A stretch of 64,000 nt of DNA from Alphaproteobacteria bacterium (GCA_038117045.1 JAYOFE010000003.1:1450-65449), one strand, 5' to 3'; positions 1 to 13,611 are shown, numbered from the stretch's first letter. The notes: a model not told the origin generated them from the sequence alone. Translations and numbers: made by a program.

Positions 1-277
1 CAGCGCTGTCGGCCTGGGCGGCGGTTTCGTACTTCTCTTCTTCCTCGACGACGTTAATGCCCATCTCGGAAAGCTGGGCGAGCACATCCTCGATCTGCTC
101 GGACGAAACCTGGTCCTGGGGCAGCGTCTCGTTCAGCTCGTCATAAGTGATGAACCCGCGCTCCTTGCCGCGCGCGATCATCTTCTTGACGCCCTGAATA
201 GAGCCGTCCATCAGCGGACCGTCGGTGTTTTCCTCACGGTCGTCCGCTGTTTCTTCCTGGGACTCGTTTCGTGCCAT
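1..277 (-). CDS. rpoD: RNA polymerase primary sigma factor RpoD, N-terminal part (runs off window)
   Basis: Hand translation from ATG at 277: MARNESQEETADDREENTDGPLMDGSIQGVKKMIARGKERGFITYDELNETLPQDQVSSEQIEDVLAQLSEMGINVV, the sigma70 region 1.1. Lies directly downstream of dnaG. Not in the ORF track. Confidence 0.93.
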   Translation of the reverse strand, partial: MARNESQEETADDREENTDGPLMDGSIQGVKKMIARGKERGFITYDELNETLPQDQVSSEQIEDVLAQLSEMGINVVEEEEKYETAAQADSA

Positions 278-335
278 ATATCTACCCTCGTCGCGCCGTT
301 CACGAAGAACGCGCCATACCAGACCAAATTGATTT

Positions 336-2168
336 CTAGAGGCCGCCGGCTCGCGACCCTTCGCGGACGAGGTTGAGCAGCTTTTCGGCGTTGCGTTCGC
401 TCATGTCGTCCTCAAGTTCCTTTGTCGCGTCCGCCCGGTCCAGCTTGAGCCTGGACCGCGCAAAACTTGCGAGCATCTCGTCCAATGCCGCACGCGCTTC
501 CAGCACGGTCGCGCCCGGCCCCGCGAACGATGCCTGACGATAAACCTGTGCATTCAGCACAACCCCCAGCATCCTCTCATGGCCACAATGGATCAAATGG
601 CGCTGTAAGTCGCGCGTGTCAAGCGTTGGGGCAGTAAAAGCGTGGTTTAAAATCTCATGGAGCAGGGTGTCAAGTTCCCTGTTCTGCAAGGAAATTTCGT
701 TCAGGGCCTCGACAGAGTCATGGATCAGGTCAGGATGATTGACCAGTGTGGCAACCAGAATACGCTCCTGGAGCGATTTCATCGCCCCGAGATCGCCCCG
801 CGCGCCCAATCCCGGCAGTAGCCCTCCTGCTTTTTGTCTCGAACCGGACCCTTTCCAGGGCTTTTTCGGGCCGTCGCGGCGTCCGGACTGGAAAAACAGG
901 TCCCGCATGCGCTGACGCAGGCTCTGCTGGTAATGATACTTCACGCCGTCATCGGCGATGGCGGACAGTCGGCCGTTGATCCGGCGCTCGAGGTCGGCGC
1001 GGCGTTCGGGCGTGTCGTGGGGGCCCGCCGTGACCTCGGCCTGCCAGATCACATCGACCAGATGGCGCGCACCAGCGAGCAGGTGACGGAAGCCGTCGGC
1101 ACCGCGCGCCTGGACCAGTGAGTCCGGGTCGTCGCCCGCCGGCAGCCCCATGAAGCGCAGGGTCTTGCCGGGCTTGAGGATCGGCATGGCACGTTCAGCG
1201 GCCCGCAGCGCGGCGCGCTCACCGGCATTGTCACCATCGAAACACAGGACCGGTTCGTCGGCGATCCGCCACAGCAGGCCGATCTGCTCCTCGGTCAGCG
1301 CCGTGCCGAGCGGCGCGACGGCGTTGGGCAGGCCCGCCTGGGCCAGCGCGATCACGTCGGTGTAGCCCTCGGCCACGATGACGGTCCCGGCGCCCTTCGA
1401 GGCCTCACGTGCCATCGCGTAGTTGTAGAGGTTGCGGCCCTTGTGGAAGAGCGGGGTCTCGGGCGAGTTCAGGTATTTCGGTTGGCCGTCGCCCAGGATG
1501 CGCCCGCCGAGGGCGATGATCCGCCCGCGCCCGTCGGCGATGGGGAACATCACCCGGTTGAAGAAGTAGTCACGCGGGTCGCCGCCGCCTCTCCCGGTAT
1601 CGTTTGGCGGCAACTTGATCAGCCCCGCCTCGACAAGCTGGCGCCGCTCAATGCCCTGGCTTTCCATGGCCTGCAGCAGCCGACCGCGCCCGTCCGGCGA
1701 GAAGCCCAGCCGGAACCGGCGGATGGTCTCGTCGGTGAAGCCGCGCCCGCGCAGGTAGTCCAGCGCCGCACGCCCCTCGGCTGACCGCAGGTTCGACTCG
1801 TACCAGGCGCACACCGCCTCAACCACGTCATACAGCGTGGCGCGGACCTTCGCGCGCTCGCGTTCTTCGGGCGAGGACTGCGGCACCTGCAGCCCCGCCT
1901 GCCCGGCCAGCTTCTCGACCGCCTCGGGAAAGGACAGCCCCTCGGTTTCCATCGCGAAGTCGATGACGCTGCCATGCGCGCCACAGCCGAAGCAGTGATA
2001 GAAGCCCTTCTCGTCGTTCACCGTGAAGGACGGGGTCTTCTCGTTGTGGAACGGGCACAGGCCGGAATGCTCGCGGCCCTTGCGCACAAGGCGCACCTTC
2101 CGCCCCACGACTTCCGACACCGGAAGCCGCGCGCGCAACTCATCGAGAAATTGCGGCGGGAAGGCCAT
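336..2168 (-). CDS. dnaG: DNA primase
   Basis: CPFH...CFGC zinc finger, KYLNSPET, EGYTD, CFDGDNAG and DPD Toprim motifs; dnaG-rpoD order. Confidence 0.97.
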   Translation of the reverse strand: MAFPPQFLDELRARLPVSEVVGRKVRLVRKGREHSGLCPFHNEKTPSFTVNDEKGFYHCFGCGAHGSVIDFAMETEGLSFPEAVEKLAGQAGLQVPQSSPEERERAKVRATLYDVVEAVCAWYESNLRSAEGRAALDYLRGRGFTDETIRRFRLGFSPDGRGRLLQAMESQGIERRQLVEAGLIKLPPNDTGRGGGDPRDYFFNRVMFPIADGRGRIIALGGRILGDGQPKYLNSPETPLFHKGRNLYNYAMAREASKGAGTVIVAEGYTDVIALAQAGLPNAVAPLGTALTEEQIGLLWRIADEPVLCFDGDNAGERAALRAAERAMPILKPGKTLRFMGLPAGDDPDSLVQARGADGFRHLLAGARHLVDVIWQAEVTAGPHDTPERRADLERRINGRLSAIADDGVKYHYQQSLRQRMRDLFFQSGRRDGPKKPWKGSGSRQKAGGLLPGLGARGDLGAMKSLQERILVATLVNHPDLIHDSVEALNEISLQNRELDTLLHEILNHAFTAPTLDTRDLQRHLIHCGHERMLGVVLNAQVYRQASFAGPGATVLEARAALDEMLASFARSRLKLDRADATKELEDDMSERNAEKLLNLVREGSRAGGL

Positions 2169-2252
2169 GTTTCGACTTTGTCCGAGTTTTCAGTCCGGAC
2201 AGAGTACTCCCTACCCGACTCGGCGGCGATGGATGAATAGCGGGGATAAGCC

Positions 2253-2711
2253 TCAGCCGCCCAGGCGGGCCTTCACGATGGCGCTCGCCTTGCCGAAATC
2301 CATCTGGCCGGCATAGTTCTCGCGCAGCGCGCCCATCACCGCGCCCATGTCCTTCAGGCCGCCCGCGCCGATATCGGCGATGGTCTTGTCGACCGCGGCC
2401 TCGGTCGCGGCCCCGTCAAGCTGTTCGGGCAGGAAGCGCTGGATGATCGCGATCTCTTCGCCCTCCTGCTCGGCTAGTTCCAGCCGGCCGCCCTTTTCAT
2501 ACATGGAGATCGATTCCCGGCGCTGCTTCACCATGGTCTGGAGCATCTGCAGGATCTCGTCTTCATGGATGCCGTCCATGTTGCCCTTGCTGCGCGCGGC
2601 GATATCGCGGTCCTTCAGGGCCGCCATGATCAGGCGCAGGGTGGACACGGCGCGCTCGTCCTTGTCCTTGAGCGCGGCCTTCAGGGCCTGGGGAAGTTGT
2701 TCGCGGAACAT
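2253..2711 (-). CDS. GatB/YqeY domain protein
   Basis: KQRRESISMYEKGGRLELA...KDMGAVM pattern; usual position between carA and dnaG. Confidence 0.9.
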   Translation of the reverse strand: MFREQLPQALKAALKDKDERAVSTLRLIMAALKDRDIAARSKGNMDGIHEDEILQMLQTMVKQRRESISMYEKGGRLELAEQEGEEIAIIQRFLPEQLDGAATEAAVDKTIADIGAGGLKDMGAVMGALRENYAGQMDFGKASAIVKARLGG

Positions 2712-2829
2712 GGTTTTGTGCCTCTTTGCCGGACGCGCGGGACGGTAACGGATTTGTCGGTTTGGCGCAACGGAAGCGATGAACCCATAAGCTATTGTTT
2801 TGAAACAAATTATTCATCCCCAGCCTCGC

Positions 2830-2858
2830 TTGACGACTCCGGCCCGGTGCCTTAAACA
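2830..2858 (+). promoter_or_regulatory. Putative sigma70 promoter of carAB
   Basis: TTGACG-N17-TAAACA about 120 nt upstream of the carA ATG. Confidence 0.4.
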
Positions 2859-2976
2859 ACCCGGCAATTTGCGCGCCCGGACCGGCGCGCGCCGGCTCCG
2901 CAGCGGCCGGCTTGAGAAACAACTTGCCCGGCGGCCCGTCTTTGCAGCGGCCCGCCACCCCGAGGACCGGAGCGAT

Positions 2977-4149
2977 ATGGCCGCTTCCGCGCCACAGGAC
3001 CGGAGCCAGCCAGATTGGGCGACCGGAGCATTGGTTCTGCCCGACGGCGAAGTATTTTGGGGGCGCGGTATCGGCGCCACCGGCGCCTGCGTCGGTGAAG
3101 TCTGCTTCAACACCTCGCTCACCGGCTACCAGGAAATCCTGACCGACCCGTCCTATGCGGGCCAGATCATCACCTTCACCTTCCCCCATATCGGCAATGT
3201 GGGCGCGAATGAAGAAGACGTGGAGACGACCACGCCCGCCGCACGCGGCTGCATCATCCGCGCCGACATCACCGACCCGTCGAACTGGCGCGCGGTGCAG
3301 CACCTCGACGCCTGGCTGAAGTCCATGGACATGGTGGGTATCGCCGGCGTGGACACGCGCCGCCTGACCCGCCTCATCCGCGATGCGGGTGCGCCCAACG
3401 GCGCGATCGTCCACGAGCCAAAGGCGCCCATCAGCGTGAAGGCACTGCGCGCGGCGGCCTCGGACTGGCGCGGACTGGAAGGCGCAGACCTCGCCAAGGA
3501 AGTGTCCTGCACCCAGACCTACCAGTGGACCGAGACGCGCTGGACGCTCGGCGAGGGTTATGGGGAACTGACCGACCCGAAGCGCCACGTCGTGGCCGTC
3601 GATTTCGGCGCCAAGCGCAATATCCTGCGCTCGCTCGCCGGCCTCGGCTGCAAGGTGACGGTGGTCCCCGCCTCGGCGACGGCCAAGGACATCCTCGGCC
3701 ACAAGCCCGACGGCGTGTTCCTGTCCAACGGCCCGGGCGACCCGGCGGCGACGGGTGTCTACGCCGTGCCGATGATCCACGACGTGCTGGCCTCCGGCAC
3801 GCCGACCTTCGGCATCTGCCTCGGCCACCAGATGCTCGCGCTCGCGCTGGGCGCGAAAACCGAGAAGATGCATCACGGCCATCGCGGCGCGAACCACCCG
3901 GTCAAGGACCTCGCCACCGGCAAGGTGGAGATCACCAGCCAGAACCACGGCTTCGTGGTGGTCGAGAAATCGCTGCCCGCAAATGTTGAGATGAGCCACG
4001 TCTCGCTGTTCGACGGCTCGCTGGAAGGCATCCGCGTCAAGGACGCCAGGGCCTTCTCCGTCCAGTACCACCCGGAAGCCTCGCCGGGCCCGCACGACAG
4101 CCACTACCTGTTCAAGCGGTTCGTCGAAATGATCGACGCCAAGAGCTGA
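2977..4149 (+). CDS. carA: Carbamoyl-phosphate synthase small subunit
   Basis: [28 protein letters not shown] and QYHPEA motifs; ATG 2977 follows GGAG (ORF-track start 2800 is over-extended). Confidence 0.96.
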   Translation: MAASAPQDRSQPDWATGALVLPDGEVFWGRGIGATGACVGEVCFNTSLTGYQEILTDPSYAGQIITFTFPHIGNVGANEEDVETTTPAARGCIIRADITDPSNWRAVQHLDAWLKSMDMVGIAGVDTRRLTRLIRDAGAPNGAIVHEPKAPISVKALRAAASDWRGLEGADLAKEVSCTQTYQWTETRWTLGEGYGELTDPKRHVVAVDFGAKRNILRSLAGLGCKVTVVPASATAKDILGHKPDGVFLSNGPGDPAATGVYAVPMIHDVLASGTPTFGICLGHQMLALALGAKTEKMHHGHRGANHPVKDLATGKVEITSQNHGFVVVEKSLPANVEMSHVSLFDGSLEGIRVKDARAFSVQYHPEASPGPHDSHYLFKRFVEMIDAKS

Positions 4150-4150
4150 C

Positions 4151-7426
<3,276 letters not shown>

Positions 7427-7561
7427 ATGGCTTAGCCCGCCGGACGTTCGTCGAAGGCCAAGCGGCCGGACGCGACCAGCGGCGGGTCTTTTCGTCTGTC
7501 AAAGCCATTGTAATATTGTCTGCCCACACCCGTGGGCAGTTTGTAAATAGGCGATGGGACC

Positions 7562-8035
7562 ATGGATAAGCTCCCCATGACTCAGGAGGGCCACGCGGCG
7601 CTCCAGGAAGAACTGCGGAACCTGAAGCAGGTCGAACGCCCGGCGATCGTCAAGGCGATCGCGGCCGCGCGCGAGCACGGCGACCTGTCGGAAAATGCCG
7701 AATATCACGCTGCGCGCGAGCGACAGAGCTTCATCGAGGGCCGGATCGGCGAACTCGAGGATGCAACCAAGCGCGCCGAGGTCATCGACACGTCGAAGCT
7801 CAAGGGCACCACCGTGCGCTTCGGCGCGACCGTCAAGCTGGCGGACGAGGAAACCGACGAGGAGATATCCTACCAGCTCGTCGGCGAGTTCGAGGCGGAT
7901 ATCCAGGCCCGGAAGATCTCGATCCAGTCTCCCCTCGGCAAGGCCCTGATCGGCCGCGAGGTCGGCGACAGCGTCGAGGTCACGACGCCGAATGGCGTGC
8001 GCTACTTCGAGGTGGTTGCGGTCCGCTTCAAGTAG
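7562..8035 (+). CDS. greA: Transcription elongation factor GreA
   Basis: [18 protein letters not shown] and [13 protein letters not shown]. Confidence 0.97.
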   Translation: MDKLPMTQEGHAALQEELRNLKQVERPAIVKAIAAAREHGDLSENAEYHAARERQSFIEGRIGELEDATKRAEVIDTSKLKGTTVRFGATVKLADEETDEEISYQLVGEFEADIQARKISIQSPLGKALIGREVGDSVEVTTPNGVRYFEVVAVRFK

Positions 8036-8041
8036 GCTGCC

Positions 8042-8569
8042 CTACGTGCCGGGATCGTCCACCGGCACGCTGGATTCATACTTGGAACTGCGAATAACCT
8101 GGAACGTCTGCACGGTCGACACGTGCGGGGCCGCCGTAAGGCGTGCCGTAAGCTGGTTTTCGTGCGCCGTGTTGCGGGCGACGATGCGCAGCATGAAGTC
8201 GCCACCACCGCGGATCATGTCGCACCGGCGGACTTCCGGCCAGGAACGCATCTCGTCCTCGAAGGCGGACAGAACGGATTCCGACTGGCTGTCGAGACCG
8301 ACCAGCGCATGGAATCCGACCTCATATCCGAGGCGCTCGGCATCGAGTTCGGCGCGATAGCCCTTGATGTAGCCGGCCTTTTCCAGCGCGCGGACTCGGC
8401 GAAGGCAGGGCGGCGCGGAAATACCGGCGCGGCGCGCCAGTTCCACATTGGTGATGCGTCCCTCGTCGCGAAGGTTGCGCAGGATTCGCCGGTCGATCGC
8501 ATCGAGCTTGACCCTGCGAGTCTCCGGTGACGCCCGCCCGGATCCCCGTTCGGATTCCGTGTCCGTCAT
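8042..8569 (-). CDS. Lrp/AsnC family transcriptional regulator
   Basis: LDAIDRRILRNL...RITNVELARRAGISAPPCLRRVRALE HTH plus RAM domain. Confidence 0.93.
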   Translation of the reverse strand: MTDTESERGSGRASPETRRVKLDAIDRRILRNLRDEGRITNVELARRAGISAPPCLRRVRALEKAGYIKGYRAELDAERLGYEVGFHALVGLDSQSESVLSAFEDEMRSWPEVRRCDMIRGGGDFMLRIVARNTAHENQLTARLTAAPHVSTVQTFQVIRSSKYESSVPVDDPGT

Positions 8570-8682
8570 TTATGTTGTGTCTCCAGGTGGGCGGCGGCCG
8601 TTTTGAACGCGCGCGGCGCCGTGGGAATCGGCATGTGGCGCGCTTATAGTTGGATTTCTCACTCGCCGTCGATGCTAGCAGA

Positions 8683-8699
8683 TTGAAATTATATTTCAA
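8683..8699. promoter_or_regulatory. Perfect AT-rich inverted repeat, candidate operator between divergent Lrp and ELM1 genes
   Basis: TTGAAAT-TAT-ATTTCAA in a GC-rich background. Confidence 0.5.
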
Positions 8700-8757
8700 A
8701 CGAAGCTGGTGGCATTGAAATCATCCCTTTGTCTGAGATGCCCCCGGTCCCTGTGAC

Positions 8758-9732
8758 GTGAACGCTCCTGCTAGCCCTCCCGAATTAACGTGCTGGATTC
8801 TCACCGACGGCAAGGTGGGCATGGTCAACCAGTGCCGCGGCCTGGCCGAAGTGATCGGGGTCGAACCGGTTTCCAAGGTCATTGGCCAGCGCATGCCCTG
8901 GCGGTGGCTCCCGCCCGCGATCACGCCCGCATCGCTCTCGATCCTGAAGCCGCGCTCGGACCGGCTGGAGCCGCCCTGGCCGGACCTGCTGATTGCCAGC
9001 GGCCGCAAGTCCGTTGCGCCCGCGCGCGCCGTCCGCCGGCTCAGCGGGGGCAGGACCTTTTGCGTACAGATCCAGGACCCGGGAATTTCGCCCGATGCGT
9101 TCGATCTGGTGGTCACGCCCGAACATGACGGTCTGACCGGGCCGAACGTGCTCTCGACCGTGGGCTCGATGCACGGCGTCAACGCGCAGGTTCTCGCCGC
9201 AGCCCGCGCGGCCTGGGCGGACCGGGTGGCGCACCTGCCCCGCCCCCTGCTTTCAGTGCTGCTGGGCGGCGACAACGCCGTCTACAAAATGACCGAAGAC
9301 TTCAGCAGGAAACTGGCCGCGGATCTGGGCCGGATCGCACATTCCGGCAAATGGGGGCTGGCCGTCACCCCTTCGCGCCGGACCCCGGAACACGCACGGC
9401 GTGCCATCCACGAAGCGCTGGACGGCACCCGTGCCGAAATCTGGGATGAACAGGGCGACAACCCCTATATGGGCTTCCTCGCCCATGCCGACGCCATCGT
9501 GGTGACCTGCGATTCAGTGAACATGGTCAGCGAAGCGGCGGCCACCGGAAAGCCGGTCCATGTCGCCCATCTTGAGGGCGGTTCCGCCAAGTTCAGGCGA
9601 TTCCATGAAGCGATGGAGACACGCGGCATTACCCGCCCCTTCCGCGGCCAGGTGGAGCAGTGGGAATACACCCCGCCGGACGAAACCGCGGCAGTGGCGG
9701 CCGAGATACTACGCCGCATTGCAATTGCCTGA
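8758..9732 (+). CDS. Mitochondrial fission ELM1/GtrOC1 family protein (putative glycosyltransferase)
   Basis: WILTDGKVGMVNQCRGLA, QIQDP, PEHD, TPSRRTP, NPYMGFLAHADAIVVTCDSVNMVSEAAATGKPV. Confidence 0.88.
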   Translation: MNAPASPPELTCWILTDGKVGMVNQCRGLAEVIGVEPVSKVIGQRMPWRWLPPAITPASLSILKPRSDRLEPPWPDLLIASGRKSVAPARAVRRLSGGRTFCVQIQDPGISPDAFDLVVTPEHDGLTGPNVLSTVGSMHGVNAQVLAAARAAWADRVAHLPRPLLSVLLGGDNAVYKMTEDFSRKLAADLGRIAHSGKWGLAVTPSRRTPEHARRAIHEALDGTRAEIWDEQGDNPYMGFLAHADAIVVTCDSVNMVSEAAATGKPVHVAHLEGGSAKFRRFHEAMETRGITRPFRGQVEQWEYTPPDETAAVAAEILRRIAIA

Positions 9733-9753
9733 GTCGCGAACTATTCAGACGCC

Positions 9754-10371
9754 ATGACGGTGCTCGATATCCAGGCCATCGATGCCGCGCCTCTGGGCCA
9801 AGATCCGTACGACCACGTGATCGTCCCCGGTGTCGTGACAAAATCGGCGCTCGATGCCGCGAATGCCGACTTCCCCGTGATCGATCGGCCTGGCAGCTTC
9901 CCCACGGGGCAGTTGCAGTACGGCCCGGGCTTCGCGGCGCTGCTCGACGCGCTCGAAGGACCGGAATTCGCCCGTGCGCTGGGTGACAAGCTGGGCATGG
10001 ACCTGACCGGCAAGCCCACCATGGTGACCGTGCGCGGCCGCGCCCGTGCGACGGACGGCAAGATCCACATAGATTCCTCGGGTAAGCTCGTCACCGTGCT
10101 TCTCTACATGAACCCCTCCTGGGAAGAGCCCGGCGGCCAGCTCCGCCTGTTGCGCAGCCCGGAGAATCTCGACGACTACGCCGTCGAGGTGCCGCCGGAC
10201 GAAGGCACGCTGCTCGCCTTTCCCTGCATCGAGAATGCCTGGCACGGCCACCACCCATTCGAGGGTGAACGTCGCACGATCCAGTTGAACTGGGTGAACA
10301 GCCAAGCCTACAAGACCCGCGAACAGGTTCGCCATTCCGTCTCGGCGTTCTTCAAGAAACTCAAGGCATAG
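9754..10371 (+). CDS. 2OG-Fe(II) oxygenase superfamily protein
   Basis: HID...VLLYMN...WHG...RRTIQLNW, giving the HxD/H triad plus 2OG-binding Arg. Confidence 0.85.
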   Translation: MTVLDIQAIDAAPLGQDPYDHVIVPGVVTKSALDAANADFPVIDRPGSFPTGQLQYGPGFAALLDALEGPEFARALGDKLGMDLTGKPTMVTVRGRARATDGKIHIDSSGKLVTVLLYMNPSWEEPGGQLRLLRSPENLDDYAVEVPPDEGTLLAFPCIENAWHGHHPFEGERRTIQLNWVNSQAYKTREQVRHSVSAFFKKLKA

Positions 10372-10384
10372 GCAGGCGCAACCG

Positions 10385-12361
10385 ATGCCTCTCGATATCG
10401 CGACATTCTCCAACGTCAAGGGCGGCTTCCCCTTCTTCAAGGCGGCCGGCCATCCCGCCGTCGCGCCGCATGCGCGCGCGCTGGTGGATGAACTGGCCGG
10501 CAAGTCTTCGGTCGCGATCTATGATCCCATGGGCCTCGCGGCGGCCTTCGCGCAACTGTTCCCGCTCGATGCCGTGAACGTCGAGCACCTGTTCGTGCAG
10601 GACCTGTCGGCGCTGGGCGAAACGGTCCTTGGGCGCACGGCCCAGCCGGTGACTGACATGGCGTCCGCCAAGGTCGATGCGCTGCTGGTGGTGGCGTTCG
10701 ACGCCGAGAAGACCCTGCGCGACATCGCGCACCTGGTTCCCGAGGGCACCGAGGTGGTCACGCTCGACCGCCTGCGCCTGCCGGAAGACCGGCTGACCAA
10801 CAAGACGCAGTATCTCGACCCGCTGAACTTCGCGACCAACTTCGCCTTCTTCCGCGACGTCCCCGACGGGCGCGGGGGCCGCCTGCACACACGCATCGCT
10901 ACGGCGAACTACTGGCACCGCTATGGCGCGTCGAACGTCTCGCTTTGGCTGACGCTGATCGGTGAGGACGGGCGCACGATCTGCCAGTGGGACCTGGCCC
11001 TGTCGGATTCACCCGGCGGCGTGACCATCGACAGCACGGATGTCTGCCGGCGCTTCGGACTCGGTGACTTCACCGGTCAGTTGTTTGTGCACGCCATCGG
11101 CGTGAAGGGCCACGACATTATCAAGTACGCCCTCGACACCTTCGGCGACGACCCGCGCGATCTGTCCTGCACCCACGACGCCAATGCCTGGCCCGCCGAT
11201 TTCTACGGCGGCCTGCCGGCGCCGAAGGACGATGAGAAGGTCATCCTCTGGGTCCAGAACAGCCACCCCTGCCCGATCCCGGCGGGTGCCGTGGGCCTCA
11301 ACCTGATGGGCGACGACGCCATCGGCTGGCTGGACCGCGAGGTGCCGCCCTTCGGCACCTACGCCCTCGATGCTGCCGACCTGCTGCCCGACGCCAGATG
11401 GCCGCAGCAGATTGAGGTCCAGGCCGGCAAGCATTTCGTCCGCCCCCGCTACGAGATCGAGACCCGTCCCAACGGGCATGTCGAGCGCCGGCGCACCGCC
11501 CATGTGAATGTGGAGCGCGTAGACCTTCAGCCGGACCCGCGAATCGCGGAGATCGGCAACCTGATGGGCAAGGGCTTCCTGCTTCCCGCGCCGGTGCTGC
11601 CGCGCCGGGATTTCCGCACCATCGCCATGCCCACGCCGATGGCGACGACCCAGGAAACCCTGCCGCTGGAAGCGCGCGTCTATGATCGCACCGGGCGCGA
11701 ACTGGCGCGCCGCTCCCTTGGGGAACTCTCGCGCAGCGACAGCGTGGCACTGGATGTGGACGAGCTGCTCAACGGGGCCGGTACGCTGGACGACGAGGCC
11801 GGCCATATCGAGCTGCTCTATGATTTCGGCGTGGCGACGCGTGGCGTCGACGGCTGGCTGCACGGCCTGTTCCGTTACGAGGCCCGCAACTCCGGCCATG
11901 CAGCAGAGACCAGTTTCGGCGCGCACATCTTCAACACCGCGCTGACATGGCGCGGCGAGCCGCAGTCCTATTCCGGTGCGGCGCCCGGCCTGACCACGCG
12001 GCTGTTCCTGCGCACCGATCCCGCAATGGCGGTCGGGGACGACGACCACGACACCTTCTGCCAGCTGATCTACCCGGCCTCGACGCCATGGCACGAGACC
12101 TCCGAGACGAAGCTGATGCTGCATGACGGCACCGGCAATATCGTCGCCGAGACGACCGTGAATATCGACTGCGGCGGCTCGTTCCACTTCCGGCTCAGCG
12201 AACTGTTCGATGCCGACGCCCGCAAGGCAGCGGCGAAGACCGGTGCATCCGGGTCCGGCTACGTCCTGATCCGGGACGTGACCTGCCGCCTGTTCGGCTA
12301 CCATGGCGTGATCGCCCGGGACGGGAGCGCGTTTTCCCTCGATCACATGTTCGGGTTCTGA
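10385..12361 (+). CDS. Uncharacterised 658-aa protein (Rossmann-like N-terminus plus about four beta-rich repeats)
   Basis: Long ORF with host-like codon use, 13 bp after the oxygenase and 4 bp before corA; no family recognised. Confidence 0.85.
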   Translation: MPLDIATFSNVKGGFPFFKAAGHPAVAPHARALVDELAGKSSVAIYDPMGLAAAFAQLFPLDAVNVEHLFVQDLSALGETVLGRTAQPVTDMASAKVDALLVVAFDAEKTLRDIAHLVPEGTEVVTLDRLRLPEDRLTNKTQYLDPLNFATNFAFFRDVPDGRGGRLHTRIATANYWHRYGASNVSLWLTLIGEDGRTICQWDLALSDSPGGVTIDSTDVCRRFGLGDFTGQLFVHAIGVKGHDIIKYALDTFGDDPRDLSCTHDANAWPADFYGGLPAPKDDEKVILWVQNSHPCPIPAGAVGLNLMGDDAIGWLDREVPPFGTYALDAADLLPDARWPQQIEVQAGKHFVRPRYEIETRPNGHVERRRTAHVNVERVDLQPDPRIAEIGNLMGKGFLLPAPVLPRRDFRTIAMPTPMATTQETLPLEARVYDRTGRELARRSLGELSRSDSVALDVDELLNGAGTLDDEAGHIELLYDFGVATRGVDGWLHGLFRYEARNSGHAAETSFGAHIFNTALTWRGEPQSYSGAAPGLTTRLFLRTDPAMAVGDDDHDTFCQLIYPASTPWHETSETKLMLHDGTGNIVAETTVNIDCGGSFHFRLSELFDADARKAAAKTGASGSGYVLIRDVTCRLFGYHGVIARDGSAFSLDHMFGF

Positions 12362-12365
12362 ACGC

Positions 12366-13520
12366 ATGAACGGGGACGGCGTGGACGAACGTTCCCGCCG
12401 CAGGCCGCGCGCCTATCCGCCGCCGGGCTCTGCCCCCGGTGTCCTGTCCTTCAATCCGATGGCGCATCCCACGCGGGTGCATGTATTTGCGTTCGGCTCC
12501 AACCACGTCACCGAACTCGATGATGTGGATTTCGGCACCCTCGACACCCTGCGGGCAGAGAATGACGTCGTGTGGATCAACGTGGACGGGCTGCGCGACA
12601 TCGAACTGATCGCGAAGCTGGGCAAGGCTTTCAACCTGCACAACCTGGCCCTCGAGGATGCCGTGAGCACCCGCCACCGCCCAAAGGCGGAAGACTACAA
12701 GGACTCGCTGTTCGTCGTGTTGCGGATGGGGGCTTTCGGCGAGCGGATCGAGACCGAGCAGATGAGCCTGTTTGTCGGCGAGGGCTTCGTGCTCACCCTC
12801 CAGGAAAAGCCCGGAGACGGGTTCGAGCCTGTACGACAGCGCATTCGCGACCCGCGCTCGCGGCTCCGGTCCAATGGCGCGGATTACCTCGCCTATGCCC
12901 TGATCGATGCTGTGGTGGATGCCTTTTTCCCGCTGCTGGAGGAAATGGGCGAGCAGCTCGAGGACCTCGAGATCGACATCATGGAATACCCCCAGCATGA
13001 GCATGTGCCGGAAATCCATCGCCTGCGCCGCGACCTGCTGACTGTCAGGCGCACCGTCTGGCCGATGCGCAAGCTGCTGAATGGACTGCTGCGCGACGAG
13101 CATCCGATCATTTCCCGCACGACCCAGGTGTTCCTGCGCGACTGCTACGACCACGTCATCCAACTCATGGACAATGTCGACACCAACCGCGAAATCCTGG
13201 GCGGGCTGATCGACCTTCACCTTTCGGCTGTCAACAACCGCATGAACGAGATCATGAAGGTCCTGACGGTCATCGCCACCATCTTCATCCCGCTGTCCTT
13301 TGTCGCCTCGCTCTACGGGATGAACTTCGACCCGCATGTCTCGCCCTGGAACATGCCCGAGCTCGACTGGTATCTGGGATATCCCGCCGCATTGCTTCTG
13401 ATGGCGTCGATGGCTGGCGGCATGCTGGTCTATTTCCGCCGCAAAGGCTGGCTCGGCGGGGCCCGAAACGACGCACGGCGAAACCGTCTTCGTGACTGGG
13501 ACGACAGCGAAAACCCATAA
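12366..13520 (+). CDS. corA: Magnesium/cobalt transporter CorA
   Basis: MNEIMKVLT...YGMNF...MPEL signature and two C-terminal TM helices. Confidence 0.94.
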   Translation: MNGDGVDERSRRRPRAYPPPGSAPGVLSFNPMAHPTRVHVFAFGSNHVTELDDVDFGTLDTLRAENDVVWINVDGLRDIELIAKLGKAFNLHNLALEDAVSTRHRPKAEDYKDSLFVVLRMGAFGERIETEQMSLFVGEGFVLTLQEKPGDGFEPVRQRIRDPRSRLRSNGADYLAYALIDAVVDAFFPLLEEMGEQLEDLEIDIMEYPQHEHVPEIHRLRRDLLTVRRTVWPMRKLLNGLLRDEHPIISRTTQVFLRDCYDHVIQLMDNVDTNREILGGLIDLHLSAVNNRMNEIMKVLTVIATIFIPLSFVASLYGMNFDPHVSPWNMPELDWYLGYPAALLLMASMAGGMLVYFRRKGWLGGARNDARRNRLRDWDDSENP

Positions 13521-13611
13521 GCCTAACCAGAATTTCGATTGAATCCCCCTGCAGCAAACGCATCGCAGGTGCTAATATAGCGCCGCTTGCTTCTCGGGGG
13601 GGAGATTCTCA

